Shown: positions 38,747 through 47,797 of the stretch, in pieces | Position numbering within the stretch: the stretch's first letter is position 1 | How the letters are laid out: every line of letters starts with the position of its first letter | The notes under the pieces: generated by a model | The model's input: the letters and a program-made list of their open reading frames with translations, nothing else | The model's database searches: none | Told to the model about the DNA's origin: nothing | Source: a virus | Strand: one strand, 5' to 3' | DNA length: 64,000 nucleotides | Virus record (IMG/VR): IMGVR_UViG_3300012347_000302 | Coordinates: 20-64,019 of that record | Position numbers and translations under genes: made by a program

Positions 38747-39123
38747 GCCTCTTTAGGTTTACGTTTAACCGGCGCTCCTGTGCCGGTGTCAGCTTCGGTG
38801 AGTGGTCTTGCAAAAAGCTGGTAATTGGATCGGGGGTGGGCTGCTTCAAGGATGTCCTCCAGTTGGTTGAGGTTCGTTTCATTGATGACCAGTGCGAGCC
38901 CACCAGCTTCGTCAATTCTTTTAAGGTTCAAAGTTTGCAGGTCGGTCGGCTTGTTCTTGCCAGCCTTGGCTTCGATGCCGATGAACCGCCCGTGGAGGCA
39001 AGCCAGAATGTCAGGCGTGCCGTTGTTGGCAGAGATGCCGCCGATGTAGTTGACCGCGTAGGCGCCATGCGCCTTGAGCAGTGCGTGGATTTTGGCTTTG
39101 ACTTTGGACTCAGGCGTTGCCAT
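38743..39123 (-). CDS. VRR-NUC domain nuclease
   Basis: TPESKVK; GTPDILAC..GRFIGIEAKA; PT.LQ. Confidence 0.88.
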   Translation of the reverse strand: MATPESKVKAKIHALLKAHGAYAVNYIGGISANNGTPDILACLHGRFIGIEAKAGKNKPTDLQTLNLKRIDEAGGLALVINETNLNQLEDILEAAHPRSNYQLFARPLTEADTGTGAPVKRKPKEA

Positions 39124-39358
39124 GACGGGTCTCCAGCTCGATCAGCAGCTCGATGTAGTGCTTGGCTTTCTCCAAGTCTTTGATGCCGTTCTTGCTGCGC
39201 CAGCGGGACACGTACTTGATGACGTTGCCCTCGAAGTAGCCGATCTTGTTGGCATGGATGTACTCAACGGGCTGGATGGCCAGCTTCTTGTAGTGGTCGC
39301 CCGCAACTTGTACGTCGAGGGCGCTGGTAGCGTCAGGGAGCATTTCGATTTGTGTCAT
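39110..39358 (-). CDS. DUF3310 (SaV-like) protein
   Basis: QV.GDHY....IQP.EYI...GNVIKY.SR...KNG..DLEKA.HY. Confidence 0.88.
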   Translation of the reverse strand: MTQIEMLPDATSALDVQVAGDHYKKLAIQPVEYIHANKIGYFEGNVIKYVSRWRSKNGIKDLEKAKHYIELLIELETRHGNA

Positions 39359-39439
39359 AGGAGGGCTTCTTCGATTGGGGGTGTGGGTATTTCTGGAAAT
39401 GGCAGAGTGCCAAGAATAATCGGAAAGGGCCATAGCCGG

Positions 39440-39679
39440 TTACTGCTTTTTGATGGTGAACATGTTGCTGCCTTTGAGACGCGGCGGGGGCGGCGGGGTG
39501 CTGTTGTTGAGCTTTTTGGCTCGGGTGTAGGTGTAGACGTTTCCATTTGAGTGCATGTCCAGTGATCGAGGGTTCACGCCACCCACGTAGGGGACGGCGG
39601 AGGCTGCAGTGCTGCGCCAGTTGAACGCATTGTTCATTGACTTGGGGGTGCCATCAGGCCATGTCGGGGGGTATGTCAT
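39440..39679 (-). CDS. Hypothetical protein
   Basis: ATGA overlap with the upstream gene. Confidence 0.55.
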   Translation of the reverse strand: MTYPPTWPDGTPKSMNNAFNWRSTAASAVPYVGGVNPRSLDMHSNGNVYTYTRAKKLNNSTPPPPPRLKGSNMFTIKKQ

Positions 39680-40146
39680 TTCTGCTCCACAATGTGCCGC
39701 ATCTTCTTGAGGCGGAGGTTTTCCATCACGTCGCCCATGGCGACTTCCAATTCTTTAACCGTCACAGCTTCGAGCTGCGCGTCATGAATCTCCATGCCGA
39801 GGTTAAGGGCCTTGAGTTCTTCTCCACGCACAATGAAGCGCATGTCGTTGGCAACGCCGCGCCGGGCCAGCGTGAGTAGATTATCCTGCGCAGCTTGAAT
39901 CTCCGGCAGCCAGTCACCGCCTGTGCCGCGCTTGCACAACGCCTCGGCCACATTCATGGCGTCGATGATGGCGTCGATCTCACGGCGCGTAGCTTGGCCC
40001 AAGCGCAGGTTGTTCATGGCGTCGTAGTTTCTGATCTTGAGCGTAGTGCCCGCACTGATCTCGTCAATGCGCTTCATGCCAGCCTGCACCCAAGTCATGG
40101 TGTCCATGATGACCCCCTTGGGTCGGTACTTGCTGCGCTTTCTCAT
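39676..40146 (-). CDS. Hypothetical protein
   Basis: 156 aa; MRKRSKYRPK basic N-terminus; coupled. Confidence 0.7.
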   Translation of the reverse strand: MRKRSKYRPKGVIMDTMTWVQAGMKRIDEISAGTTLKIRNYDAMNNLRLGQATRREIDAIIDAMNVAEALCKRGTGGDWLPEIQAAQDNLLTLARRGVANDMRFIVRGEELKALNLGMEIHDAQLEAVTVKELEVAMGDVMENLRLKKMRHIVEQK

Positions 40147-40280
40147 TTCCCATCATCCTCAAGCAGTGCCCGCAGCTCCAGCAGTTCGCGCTCAAGGCGT
40201 TCGTTGCGTGCTCGCAGCAGGCGGTTCTCAGCTTCGCACTCGGCAAGGGCCAAGTCCATTTGGCGATCATCTTCAGTCAT
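40143..40280 (-). CDS. Small coiled-coil protein (45 aa; not in ORF track)
   Basis: MTEDDRQMDLALAECEAENRLLRARNERLERELLELRALLEDDGK; ATGA overlaps at both ends. Confidence 0.65.
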   Translation of the reverse strand: MTEDDRQMDLALAECEAENRLLRARNERLERELLELRALLEDDGK

Positions 40281-40483
40281 GTTTCCCTCTTAAAAGTTGG
40301 TAGGCCAGCGTAGTGTGTCCAAGTGGTGTTCGTTGAGTAGCTGCCGATGACGGCAACCCCCAAGCGCTGGTCGATCAGCAGAAGCTTTACCCCACGAGGC
40401 GGAGGGTGCTTCGGGTCTATCGGTGTCCAGTGGTGGAACACGTCCACCAACGCGAGTTTGTCAGATGTGGTCTTGGTTGTCAT
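40277..40483 (-). CDS. Small hypothetical protein (DUF551-like)
   Basis: W.PI....PP.G..LLL...W...THY. Confidence 0.6.
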   Translation of the reverse strand: MTTKTTSDKLALVDVFHHWTPIDPKHPPPRGVKLLLIDQRLGVAVIGSYSTNTTWTHYAGLPTFKRET

Positions 40484-40725
40484 GTGTTGCTCCTTGCTCG
40501 TATGGCGGCAGCAAAATCTGATTTGTACAGTAGCTCTTCGTAGGGGTCTTGCTGGAATGACTCACACGCCTTTGCACACGCCTCACGCTCGTCAGCACGG
40601 ACAAGCTCGGCAAAGGCTTCAAGTTCTTCGACCCAACACTCAACAAATGCTTTAGGCGGGGAGGCAGTTGGGTCGTGGGTAAATTCAATGCCAGCCTCAC
40701 GCGCCATTTCAATCACTGTTTTCAT
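40480..40725 (-). CDS. Hypothetical protein
   Basis: MAREAG...LEAFAELVRADEREACAK.C...AAAIRAR, common in phage early regions. Confidence 0.7.
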   Translation of the reverse strand: MKTVIEMAREAGIEFTHDPTASPPKAFVECWVEELEAFAELVRADEREACAKACESFQQDPYEELLYKSDFAAAIRARSNT

Positions 40726-40799
40726 TTCCGTTTCTCCCAAAACGCCCAGACATATACGGCTGTGTGAGCAATGCCGATGAGATACATCCACCAAGTCAT
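40722..40799 (-). CDS. 25-aa hydrophobic peptide (not in ORF track)
   Basis: MTWWMYLIGIAHTAVYVWAFWEKRK; ATGA overlaps at both ends. Confidence 0.55.
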   Translation of the reverse strand: MTWWMYLIGIAHTAVYVWAFWEKRK

Positions 40800-41167
40800 G
40801 CGTTCTCCTTGATGCCGTGGGCGGCTTCGATGGCTCGGGCAAAGGCAAGCAGTTGCTCATCAAAAGCACCTGACTGCATAGCGAGGTCGTTGATTTCATC
40901 AATCGTCAGCGGCTTGCGCTGTGCTGGTGGGGATGTGTAAAACTCCGTCCCAACAGGCAGGCTGTCCCACCCTGAACTTGTTACCAGCCCAATACGAGTC
41001 TTTTTTGCCACAGGCTCCTGCTGTGCAAACATGGCTTCAACCTTGGGCGTCTGTTCACGCTCGCAGTACAGATCAACCGTGTGGTCTTTGTCGATGGCGA
41101 CGCTTGCCACCATCATGTCATCACCCCATTGTGTTTTAACAGGGGCTTGTTGCCATTCGAGTTTCAT
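40796..41167 (-). CDS. Hypothetical protein
   Basis: EPVA...Y..PP..KPLT..EI...FARAIEAAHGI pattern common in phages. Confidence 0.7.
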   Translation of the reverse strand: MKLEWQQAPVKTQWGDDMMVASVAIDKDHTVDLYCEREQTPKVEAMFAQQEPVAKKTRIGLVTSSGWDSLPVGTEFYTSPPAQRKPLTIDEINDLAMQSGAFDEQLLAFARAIEAAHGIKENA

Positions 41168-41168
41168 A

Positions 41169-41636
41169 TCAACCCCCAAAGATTTTGCGCAGCTCATCGT
41201 ACAAAGCGCGGGCTTGCTTGATGCTCAGGTTGTTGAGCAAAGTGTCGGCATCCCATGCGGAGTTGATCTGCACCGGCTCGGGGGCTTTCGGCGCTTCGAT
41301 TGGGGCAGGTTTGACTGCTCTTGTGGCAACTGGGGTTGTGCGGGGCAGCGGCTTGTACTCGGGCTGCGCTGCGAACAACGCGCCCTCTGAAGTTTGTCGA
41401 AGATTGCCTCGCGTGACCATCGTAGACAGCAGGGATGTAGACGACCCTTTGGGGATGCCACGCGACATCAACCCAGACACTGCCGCGTCCCGAGTAACAC
41501 CGGGGTTGTCACGCACGTAGTTGAACGTGGCGCGGGTAGAGTTCGACGTGATCGGATGGCCGGTCTCCGCTTTTGTAGGAGCCTCGTCGCTCCATGAGTT
41601 GATGACTTTAGACATTTCAGATTTCAGATCGGGCAT
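41169..41636 (-). CDS. Putative winged-HTH protein
   Basis: FNYVRDNPGVT...S.LL.TMV.RG. Confidence 0.6.
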   Translation of the reverse strand: MPDLKSEMSKVINSWSDEAPTKAETGHPITSNSTRATFNYVRDNPGVTRDAAVSGLMSRGIPKGSSTSLLSTMVTRGNLRQTSEGALFAAQPEYKPLPRTTPVATRAVKPAPIEAPKAPEPVQINSAWDADTLLNNLSIKQARALYDELRKIFGG

Positions 41637-41646
41637 GGTGTTCTCC

Positions 41647-42111
41647 TTATTTTTTGGGCCAGCCGAGCTTGCTCAGATCGGCCATGACGTTTGCGAGTGC
41701 TGGCAGATTCTTGGTAGGCTCTGCCTCGGTGGGGTAATACTTCTTTAACTCGGGGAAGGTGGTCAGTGCTTGCTTGAGCGTGTTGATACCCTCAAAGGCG
41801 GCGGTCAGCTTGCGGTGCATGTCACTGCGCTCTTGCTCCTGTTTCTTGTATGGCTCCGTGATCGCCTTGATCTGTTCCTCTGTCACGTCACCCACCACAA
41901 CGTCTTGCCAGTTGGAATACTGGTTGGTATAGGCGACCGACCTGCGGCGCAGTGCATCTGGCTTGGTCTTGTACAGCTTGCGCACCTCGGGTGACATAGC
42001 CCTGACAACCTCAGCGATGATCGCCTCGGCGCGTTTTACCTTGTCGATGGGTGGGGTGTCCTGCATGATGGCGCGGACAATAGTTTCTTTGTGCAGTTTG
42101 GTCAGTTTCAT
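41647..42111 (-). CDS. Nmad5-like protein (nucleotide modification associated domain 5)
   Basis: MKLTK..KE.IVRAIM.D.P N-terminus; TLKQA....PE..KY.P...NLPALAN..ADLSKLGWPK. Confidence 0.7.
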   Translation of the reverse strand: MKLTKLHKETIVRAIMQDTPPIDKVKRAEAIIAEVVRAMSPEVRKLYKTKPDALRRRSVAYTNQYSNWQDVVVGDVTEEQIKAITEPYKKQEQERSDMHRKLTAAFEGINTLKQALTTFPELKKYYPTEAEPTKNLPALANVMADLSKLGWPKK

Positions 42112-42122
42112 TTCTTTTAACC

Positions 42123-42614
42123 TTAAAACAATTTGGTCTGCGGGGGATTGAGCAGGGAGTCGAGGTCTGGTGGTGTCCAGCCTTCGGGCTTGAGAATCTT
42201 GCCGTCTTCACGGCGGCGCACGGTGCCAGAGTACGGGTCGATCTTGGCCATGTTAGAGCGAACCACTTCGGCCCAGCCTGCGTTCATTGGCCAGCCTCGG
42301 GACAGGCCGTAACCGATCAGCACAACGATCTGATCGAGCACTGCATCGAACTCCTCGATCTCGTCACTGGCGTCCTCTGCATCAAGCATCTCCATGCGCT
42401 CCTCATCGACCAGCTCACGGTACATCTCGGCTTGGAGTTTGTTGGCCTCGTGCGTCGTCTGGCCACACGCTTGCATGAAGAACGCTTGCTCCTCGAACGC
42501 CGTCATAGTAGGTGCCTGTCGCATCTCAAGGCGCTCGCTCAGTGCTTTGATGAGGCCGCTTTGCCCATCGGCTTGTCGGATGAGTTCATCATCTGTTAGG
42601 TTGTCATAAATCAT
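42123..42614 (-). CDS. MazG-like NTP pyrophosphohydrolase (PRA-PH type)
   Basis: LVDEE..E.....EEFDAVLD; EV.RSNMAK; RREDGKILKPEGW.PPDL. Confidence 0.85.
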   Translation of the reverse strand: MIYDNLTDDELIRQADGQSGLIKALSERLEMRQAPTMTAFEEQAFFMQACGQTTHEANKLQAEMYRELVDEERMEMLDAEDASDEIEEFDAVLDQIVVLIGYGLSRGWPMNAGWAEVVRSNMAKIDPYSGTVRRREDGKILKPEGWTPPDLDSLLNPPQTKLF

Positions 42615-42865
42615 GTGAGTTCCAAAAAGGTTAATAGGTTGTTATCGAGATCGGTTGTGAACCACACGATGGCATTGGGTGGCGGTACGTGGACCGTCTT
42701 GAGGTGTGACCCTACGATCGCCGTGTTGACGATGTGCTTGAGCCACTCCGGTCGGCTATCCAACTCGCCACGCCATGAGGTCTCTTCGCCGTCTTGCCAG
42801 CGCTTGAGGTGGTACATGTCGTCACGCTCTTCGTAGCGGTATTCGCGTTCATTGATTGGTGTCAT
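42611..42865 (-). CDS. Hypothetical protein
   Basis: GGAG upstream of ATG 42865; ATGA overlap downstream. Confidence 0.55.
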   Translation of the reverse strand: MTPINEREYRYEERDDMYHLKRWQDGEETSWRGELDSRPEWLKHIVNTAIVGSHLKTVHVPPPNAIVWFTTDLDNNLLTFLELT

Positions 42866-42902
42866 AACTTGATGTTTGTTTCTCCATTGGCGTGATACGT
42901 CT

Positions 42903-43826
42903 TCATCCCTCCACGTCGGCTCCATCATCCCCCACGCCCCAATCGAAGGCATCGAGGATGGCGTCAACGCGTTGCTTGGTTTGGATACGGGTGCTGTGCT
43001 CATCGCGTAATTCTTTCGGTGTGATGCCAGACAATACTTCTTCTAACTTACGTCGTGCTGACTCAAGCTGAGGGTCATTCGTGATGTTCATTGTGGTGAG
43101 CAACTCGCACAGGTCAACTGCGCCAGTCACCGTGGTGTCGTGAAACACTTTCTTCTTGCCGTCCTCGTCAATGGTCAGTCGGTCAGACAGTCGAGTCAGT
43201 GCATCGTGCAGTCGATCCCACGCATCCCGGTTGGCCTGTGCCAGCTTGTTTGTCAACTGGGCTTCGTACTGGGCGATCAGGTCGCGTTGCACTTCGCTCT
43301 CAATATCCAAGCGGAAGTCGCCGCCGGTAGGCAGTGGTGTGAAGCTCGACTCCATGCGAAAACGCAGTGCCACTTGTGAACGGGTCAGGTACTCTTTGCG
43401 ATCGAACAGCGTGCCGAGTTGGAAGGCCGCTGCTGCCACCAGTGTGTCGTACTTGTCGAGGAACGCATCAACCAGTCGCTCGAACTCGTTGCGGTATCGG
43501 TTCATGGTCTGCTGGTACTCAAGCAGTGACGCAGTGGGCAAGAGACGTGCACCTTGGTCATTCCACGGCAGTGTCAGGCGGTAATGCTCGGCGCGTGCTC
43601 GCGCTTGAAACTTGGTCAGGGCATCGAGTTCTTTGCACTCGCTGAACAGGTTCTTGTACACGGATGCGGCACGCTTGGAGTTGGCCCCCTTGTTGGCCAC
43701 GACCTCGGCTTGGGTTGACTTGTCTTGCTTGCGCCCCGAGTACACGGAGATGTGCAGGTCCACCATCATGGCGGAACGAGCGACGCCAGCAACGGCGGAG
43801 GGTTTGATGTCAGTGATGTAGTTCAT
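42903..43826 (-). CDS. DUF3150-like protein
   Basis: LTLPW.D.GARLLP; F...YD; Y.....V..RF......PLP..GDFR; L....N.T.DP.LE. Confidence 0.65.
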   Translation of the reverse strand: MNYITDIKPSAVAGVARSAMMVDLHISVYSGRKQDKSTQAEVVANKGANSKRAASVYKNLFSECKELDALTKFQARARAEHYRLTLPWNDQGARLLPTASLLEYQQTMNRYRNEFERLVDAFLDKYDTLVAAAAFQLGTLFDRKEYLTRSQVALRFRMESSFTPLPTGGDFRLDIESEVQRDLIAQYEAQLTNKLAQANRDAWDRLHDALTRLSDRLTIDEDGKKKVFHDTTVTGAVDLCELLTTMNITNDPQLESARRKLEEVLSGITPKELRDEHSTRIQTKQRVDAILDAFDWGVGDDGADVEG

Positions 43827-43853
43827 GGTGTGTCTTTCTTTTAACCTTAAAAG

Positions 43854-44099
43854 TTATCTGAGTACGCCGCCGATGAGGGCGACCGTTGCGGCTGCTTTAA
43901 GCGCACGTCGGGCTTGTTTAGCCGTCTCGAATACTGTGTTCTCGGGGTAGTCCCCCAGTCCTGACACCCAGTGGCAGTAAACAACAAATCCGGGGCCAAC
44001 CAGCGAGTTTGATTTAGTTGGCTCAACCCAACCTACCTGTACCCAACCTCTCTCGGCTGTGTGCAGATACAGATCGCCGTCTTCCCACTTAGCTCTCAT
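43854..44099 (-). CDS. Small early protein (F-x-T-x-x-x-A family)
   Basis: VFETAKQARRAL; paralogue of 51256-51534. Confidence 0.7.
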   Translation of the reverse strand: MRAKWEDGDLYLHTAERGWVQVGWVEPTKSNSLVGPGFVVYCHWVSGLGDYPENTVFETAKQARRALKAAATVALIGGVLR

Positions 44100-44361
44100 C
44101 GCGGTCTAACTTCATGGCCAGCTTGGTGGCGTCAATAAAGTCGTCGGCAACGAGCGTTACCCCCAGCCACTCATGCGGCTGCTTGACCTCCACAGTGGGG
44201 ATGTAGGCGTTGCTGTATCCTTGCGACCCTTTGTTGTTGCCCACATGCTTCTCGGCCAGTTGTTCGGCGTCCTGCACTGCGGTCATCAGCAGGGCCATCT
44301 GTGTCTCGTTCAAGATCAGCGGCACGCCGCTTACGGATATTTTGTATTTCATGCTGTGCAC
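44089..44361 (-). CDS. Hypothetical protein
   Basis: Overlap-coupled with neighbours; alternative start 44352. Confidence 0.6.
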   Translation of the reverse strand: MHSMKYKISVSGVPLILNETQMALLMTAVQDAEQLAEKHVGNNKGSQGYSNAYIPTVEVKQPHEWLGVTLVADDFIDATKLAMKLDRDES

Positions 44362-44990
44362 TCCTCAATTTCAAAAGTTACGTCGTTACATTCGCACGAC
44401 TCGATGAATGATTCTTCGCTGGTCAGGTGCTCGTACTCGTCACGCAGGTCACGGTAGAGCTGGCGCGATATGTCGCCCACGTAGTCCTGCAACGCTTGCT
44501 CGATACCTGCGCTGAAGAACTGCTCCTCAACCAGCTCGTCCCATGCCTCCTGCTCAAGCGCACTGAAGATGCCGGTTGGGTAAGTATTGCCGACGAGGTT
44601 GCCGTCAAAGTTGACCCGTGCTTGGCAATCCCGACTCCCCGTATTGACCGTGGCGTAGTCGCCGTAGTCTTGTATAGCAAGGTACAGGGCAGGGTACTTC
44701 TCCTCGTAGGTTTGGTCTCCGTCCTTGGTTACTTCCATCCACTCGGCGAGGCTTATGCGCCCCTCGAACGTGGCGTAGTCCCCTTGGCTGTACCACAGGC
44801 TGAACGCTATGCGGTCAACACGCACACCAGCAGGTGCAAGCGTCTCGCGCAGTCGTTCCTCTGCCCAGTCCCACCAGTTGTAGTCAGCGGCGTACTCGGT
44901 CCACTTTAAATACTCCCTTTGGAACCGCTTCAGGTCGGTGCCTCTTAGGGCGGAGGCTGTAATGTTGGTCGGCATCTGGGTACTCTCCAA
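44349..44990 (-). CDS. Acidic hypothetical protein
   Basis: W..W; FSL.YSQGD.A.F.G; LY..L..EYE.LTS.E pattern seen in phage early genes; likely start 44975. Confidence 0.7.
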   Translation of the reverse strand: MESTQMPTNITASALRGTDLKRFQREYLKWTEYAADYNWWDWAEERLRETLAPAGVRVDRIAFSLWYSQGDYATFEGRISLAEWMEVTKDGDQTYEEKYPALYLAIQDYGDYATVNTGSRDCQARVNFDGNLVGNTYPTGIFSALEQEAWDELVEEQFFSAGIEQALQDYVGDISRQLYRDLRDEYEHLTSEESFIESCECNDVTFEIEECTA

Positions 44991-45204
44991 AGTGAATGTT
45001 GATGTGAATCATGGCGATGGCCTTAGCCGCTTCCAGATCGTCCATGCCTTGGGCGATGGGGGCACCGCTTCGGTTGGCTTTATATACGCTCACCTGCCAC
45101 CCGCTATAGTGGGTGACGCGAGCGACCGTCATGTGGCGTGTCTTGTGGGTGAAGGTGTAGGCGTCAAACCCTTCTTCCACCCATTCAAAGTCGTCGATGG
45201 TCAT
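44884..45204 (-). CDS. Small early protein
   Basis: ATGA overlap upstream; DDLEAAKAIA helix; 3' end overlaps the next gene by ~90 nt. Confidence 0.6.
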   Translation of the reverse strand: MTIDDFEWVEEGFDAYTFTHKTRHMTVARVTHYSGWQVSVYKANRSGAPIAQGMDDLEAAKAIAMIHINIHFGEYPDADQHYSLRPKRHRPEAVPKGVFKVDRVRR

Positions 45205-45584
45205 ATGTTGCAGTCAATCGAGCGCCGCACTGCTAGGTAATACTGGTTGTCGTTCCCACTGTGCGTCTCCTCCACATCGTCGCTCTCCTCGCCGATGCGG
45301 ACTCGCTCGGTGCAGTACCCCTCGATCTCCTCGGTGGAGAACGTGTCCAGCATGGACTCAAACATCTTGACGTCTACGTAGCTCGGGTACCACTTCACAC
45401 CCTGCATGTCGAACTTCAACACAAACTCTTTGTCATGCCATGTCATGTACCCGCTGAACTCGTCGGACACATCCTTGAACGTCGTGCCCATCAGCACTTT
45501 GAGTTGTTCGTACGCGGCTTGCTCCCCCAGCTTCGACTGCGCCTCGGGGTAGATGATCGCCATAAAATCTGAGCAGTAACCCAT
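45201..45584 (-). CDS. Acidic hypothetical protein
   Basis: MGY.SD...; VKWY.SY.DV; R.GEE.DD.E. Confidence 0.7.
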   Translation of the reverse strand: MGYCSDFMAIIYPEAQSKLGEQAAYEQLKVLMGTTFKDVSDEFSGYMTWHDKEFVLKFDMQGVKWYPSYVDVKMFESMLDTFSTEEIEGYCTERVRIGEESDDVEETHSGNDNQYYLAVRRSIDCNI

Positions 45585-45585
45585 G

Positions 45586-45891
45586 TCATTTCTCCGTTAA
45601 GACCAGCACAGTGCTGATCGCATCAATCAAGGACTCGTCGGACTGCACGAGGTACACCTCATGTCGGTAGTCATCCGGCCCGTTGGGGTTGTACTTACGT
45701 CGTTGGAACGTGATGTACTTGCCATTCAGCGCCTCCGTTATGGTGAAGGTGCGGTTGAGGTTGTGCACCGAAGGGCCTTCGGTTACGGCTAGCGAGGGTT
45801 GCTCCCCCGCATCCCGCAGCTTCTTCTTTTGCTGGGCTCGATCCCACGAAGCTTTAAATATACGGTCAATGAAATCTGTAATCAGGCTCAT
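45586..45891 (-). CDS. Hypothetical protein
   Basis: ATG overlaps the upstream TGA. Confidence 0.65.
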   Translation of the reverse strand: MSLITDFIDRIFKASWDRAQQKKKLRDAGEQPSLAVTEGPSVHNLNRTFTITEALNGKYITFQRRKYNPNGPDDYRHEVYLVQSDESLIDAISTVLVLTEK

Positions 45892-46019
45892 CACGGTCTC
45901 CAGAAAAATAAATCCAACAACAAAACGACCAAGCAAGTGGAGAACACCACTGCTTCGATCACGTCAATCAACGGTCTGCGCCATGTCGGCACAGGCTTAG
46001 CGGGTCCGGTGTATTTCAT
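45891..46019 (-). CDS. 42-aa membrane peptide (not in ORF track)
   Basis: MKYTG...AVVFSTCLVVLLLDLFFWRP; starts 3 nt after a palindrome. Confidence 0.65.
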   Translation of the reverse strand: MKYTGPAKPVPTWRRPLIDVIEAVVFSTCLVVLLLDLFFWRP

Positions 46020-46030
46020 TTCTTTTAACC

Positions 46031-46297
46031 TTAAATGTTTTTGGCAAGTGCGATGCCAGCCAGCAGTCGGCCGACTTCCTTGGCTTGTTTGATGGTGGGG
46101 AAGTGGTCGACCTCATCCCACTCCTCGTCAGCGCCGGCCCATATCTCCAATCGGAACGGCCCCGTGGGGTCTTTGAACTCGATGCACGCCCAGCATAAAT
46201 CCCTGTCCCCGAGCGGGGTCTCCGACAAGAACGTCCGGTATAGCGCGCCGCCGTAAGTGAGCCTGACTGGCTCCCACCGCTTGCGTAGCCGCCTCAC
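46031..46297 (-). CDS. Small early protein (F-x-T-x-x-x-A family)
   Basis: HFPTIKQAKEVG; its stop codon forms part of a palindrome. Confidence 0.65.
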   Translation of the reverse strand: MRRLRKRWEPVRLTYGGALYRTFLSETPLGDRDLCWACIEFKDPTGPFRLEIWAGADEEWDEVDHFPTIKQAKEVGRLLAGIALAKNI

Positions 46298-47487
46298 ACT
46301 TCCACCTTAATGGTCGTACCGAAGGGTGCCTTCAGGTCAGAGGTAACAGCCCACAGTGTGGGCACATCAGTGCGGCCCCAGTCGCCGACATAACCGTCAG
46401 TGAACTGCACAATGGCTTGCGGGTTGATGTTCTTGTCACGCAGGTAGTCGAACAGCACAGAACCGTCTGTGCCGCCACCGCCTTTGATCTTGAGTTCCTG
46501 AACAGCGAACTGTCCGTCATCGAATGTCTGGTGCCCTGCAACTCGTGTGTCCCAATAGATCACATGCACCTTGCTTGGCTTGACGTCCTCGATGATGGTC
46601 TTGATCTCAGACACGAAGCGTGTCATCTCGTTGCCACCGAAGATCGAGCCGGATGTGTCGAAGCCGATCACGAGTTCCGTCATAGTTGTGCCGACCATCG
46701 AGGGCATGTAAATGTCCATGCCGAGGTAGCGGCGGTTGGGCTTGCGCCATGAAGACTCGTCACGACCTGCGCATGTCTCGGTGATGAACTCGCGCAACAC
46801 TTTCTTCCAGTCGATGGCGGGGGCCATGAGGTCGCCGAACAAGCCGTCCGATTGGCCAGCACCCTTACCTGCCAGCTTCTTGCGCATGATCTCGCCCTGA
46901 CGGATGGCACGTTGAATCTCGTCGGCTTGTTGCTGTTCCTTGGCAGGGTCGTTACCTGCCTCGTTGCCTGACCAGTCGTGCTCGTCAAGCTCGCCGTTCT
47001 CGTCGCCGCCGTTGCCGCTACGGCCCTCACCGCTTGCGTCGTCTTGTTGCATCTGTTGCTTGAGGTCAGCGTAGATCATGGCGACAGACCAGCCACGATA
47101 CTTGGGTTCGACAGGCACACCGATCTTGGGCATCTTGACGAAGCCTTCGCCGTCATCGGTATCGTGCAGTGTCAGGTTCACGAAGAAGTCAGCAGCCACG
47201 TTAGCCAGCCGTGCGTTCTCCTCGTGCAGTGCACGCCATGTCACCATGTGGCGATAGGCTTTGTGCGTTGCCTCGTGCAGTACGAGGAAGCGCAGCTCCG
47301 GGTCAGTGGGCATATGCTCAGCGATGAACTCCGGGTTGTAGATGACGTTCCAGCCGTCCGTTGCGGCCGTTGGTACATCGGTGTTGACAGTTACTTTGCC
47401 ACAGGCAAGGATGCCTGAGTAAGCGCAGAACTTCTTGTGTTGCATGATGGCAATGTGGGCGCGTTTAATTCGATCTGGGACATTCAT
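46294..47487 (-). CDS. Metallopeptidase-like (HExxH) + vWA domain protein (DUF2201-like)
   Basis: AATDG; LHEATH; N.A.D...N; DW...L; DTSGS MIDAS; GGGGTD; FTDG. Confidence 0.88.
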   Translation of the reverse strand: MNVPDRIKRAHIAIMQHKKFCAYSGILACGKVTVNTDVPTAATDGWNVIYNPEFIAEHMPTDPELRFLVLHEATHKAYRHMVTWRALHEENARLANVAADFFVNLTLHDTDDGEGFVKMPKIGVPVEPKYRGWSVAMIYADLKQQMQQDDASGEGRSGNGGDENGELDEHDWSGNEAGNDPAKEQQQADEIQRAIRQGEIMRKKLAGKGAGQSDGLFGDLMAPAIDWKKVLREFITETCAGRDESSWRKPNRRYLGMDIYMPSMVGTTMTELVIGFDTSGSIFGGNEMTRFVSEIKTIIEDVKPSKVHVIYWDTRVAGHQTFDDGQFAVQELKIKGGGGTDGSVLFDYLRDKNINPQAIVQFTDGYVGDWGRTDVPTLWAVTSDLKAPFGTTIKVEV

Positions 47488-47512
47488 GATTGATTTCCTT
47501 TAAGGTTAAAAG

Positions 47513-47797
47513 TTATTTGAGGAACGTGTCCTCGTGTGAGTAGTTCGATGCCTTGCGGGGGTTGAGCCTGTACTCAATGAGCTTGGACACCAGCATGCGG
47601 TCACGCAGTTTGCGAACGTAGTACCCGACCACTTTGCGTTCAAACCAGTTGAACTTGAACGGCACCTCGTGCGGTTGCATGGTTTCGGTGTTGATGATGA
47701 GAAACGACTTGGCGTGCTTGATCGCTGAGTGTTTGATGATCCAGTCGTCCTCCTTGAGTGCATGGACCACATGCTTGGTGAACTCTCTCATTGCCAC
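47513..47797 (-). CDS. Hypothetical protein
   Basis: 94 aa, coupled with the upstream gene. Confidence 0.6.
   Translation of the reverse strand: MAMREFTKHVVHALKEDDWIIKHSAIKHAKSFLIINTETMQPHEVPFKFNWFERKVVGYYVRKLRDRMLVSKLIEYRLNPRKASNYSHEDTFLK

Noticed and set aside
36276-42614. 2-aminoadenine (Z-genome) or 7-deazaguanine modification system suggested by PolA plus MazG
   Set aside because: No PurZ, DatZ, FolE/QueD/QueC or DpdA-like gene recognised.
44884-44990. ~90-100-nt overlap between two early ORFs as a second dual-coding region
   Set aside because: The overlapping C-terminal tail of 44884-45204 has no motif and is most simply a run-on past a lost stop codon.
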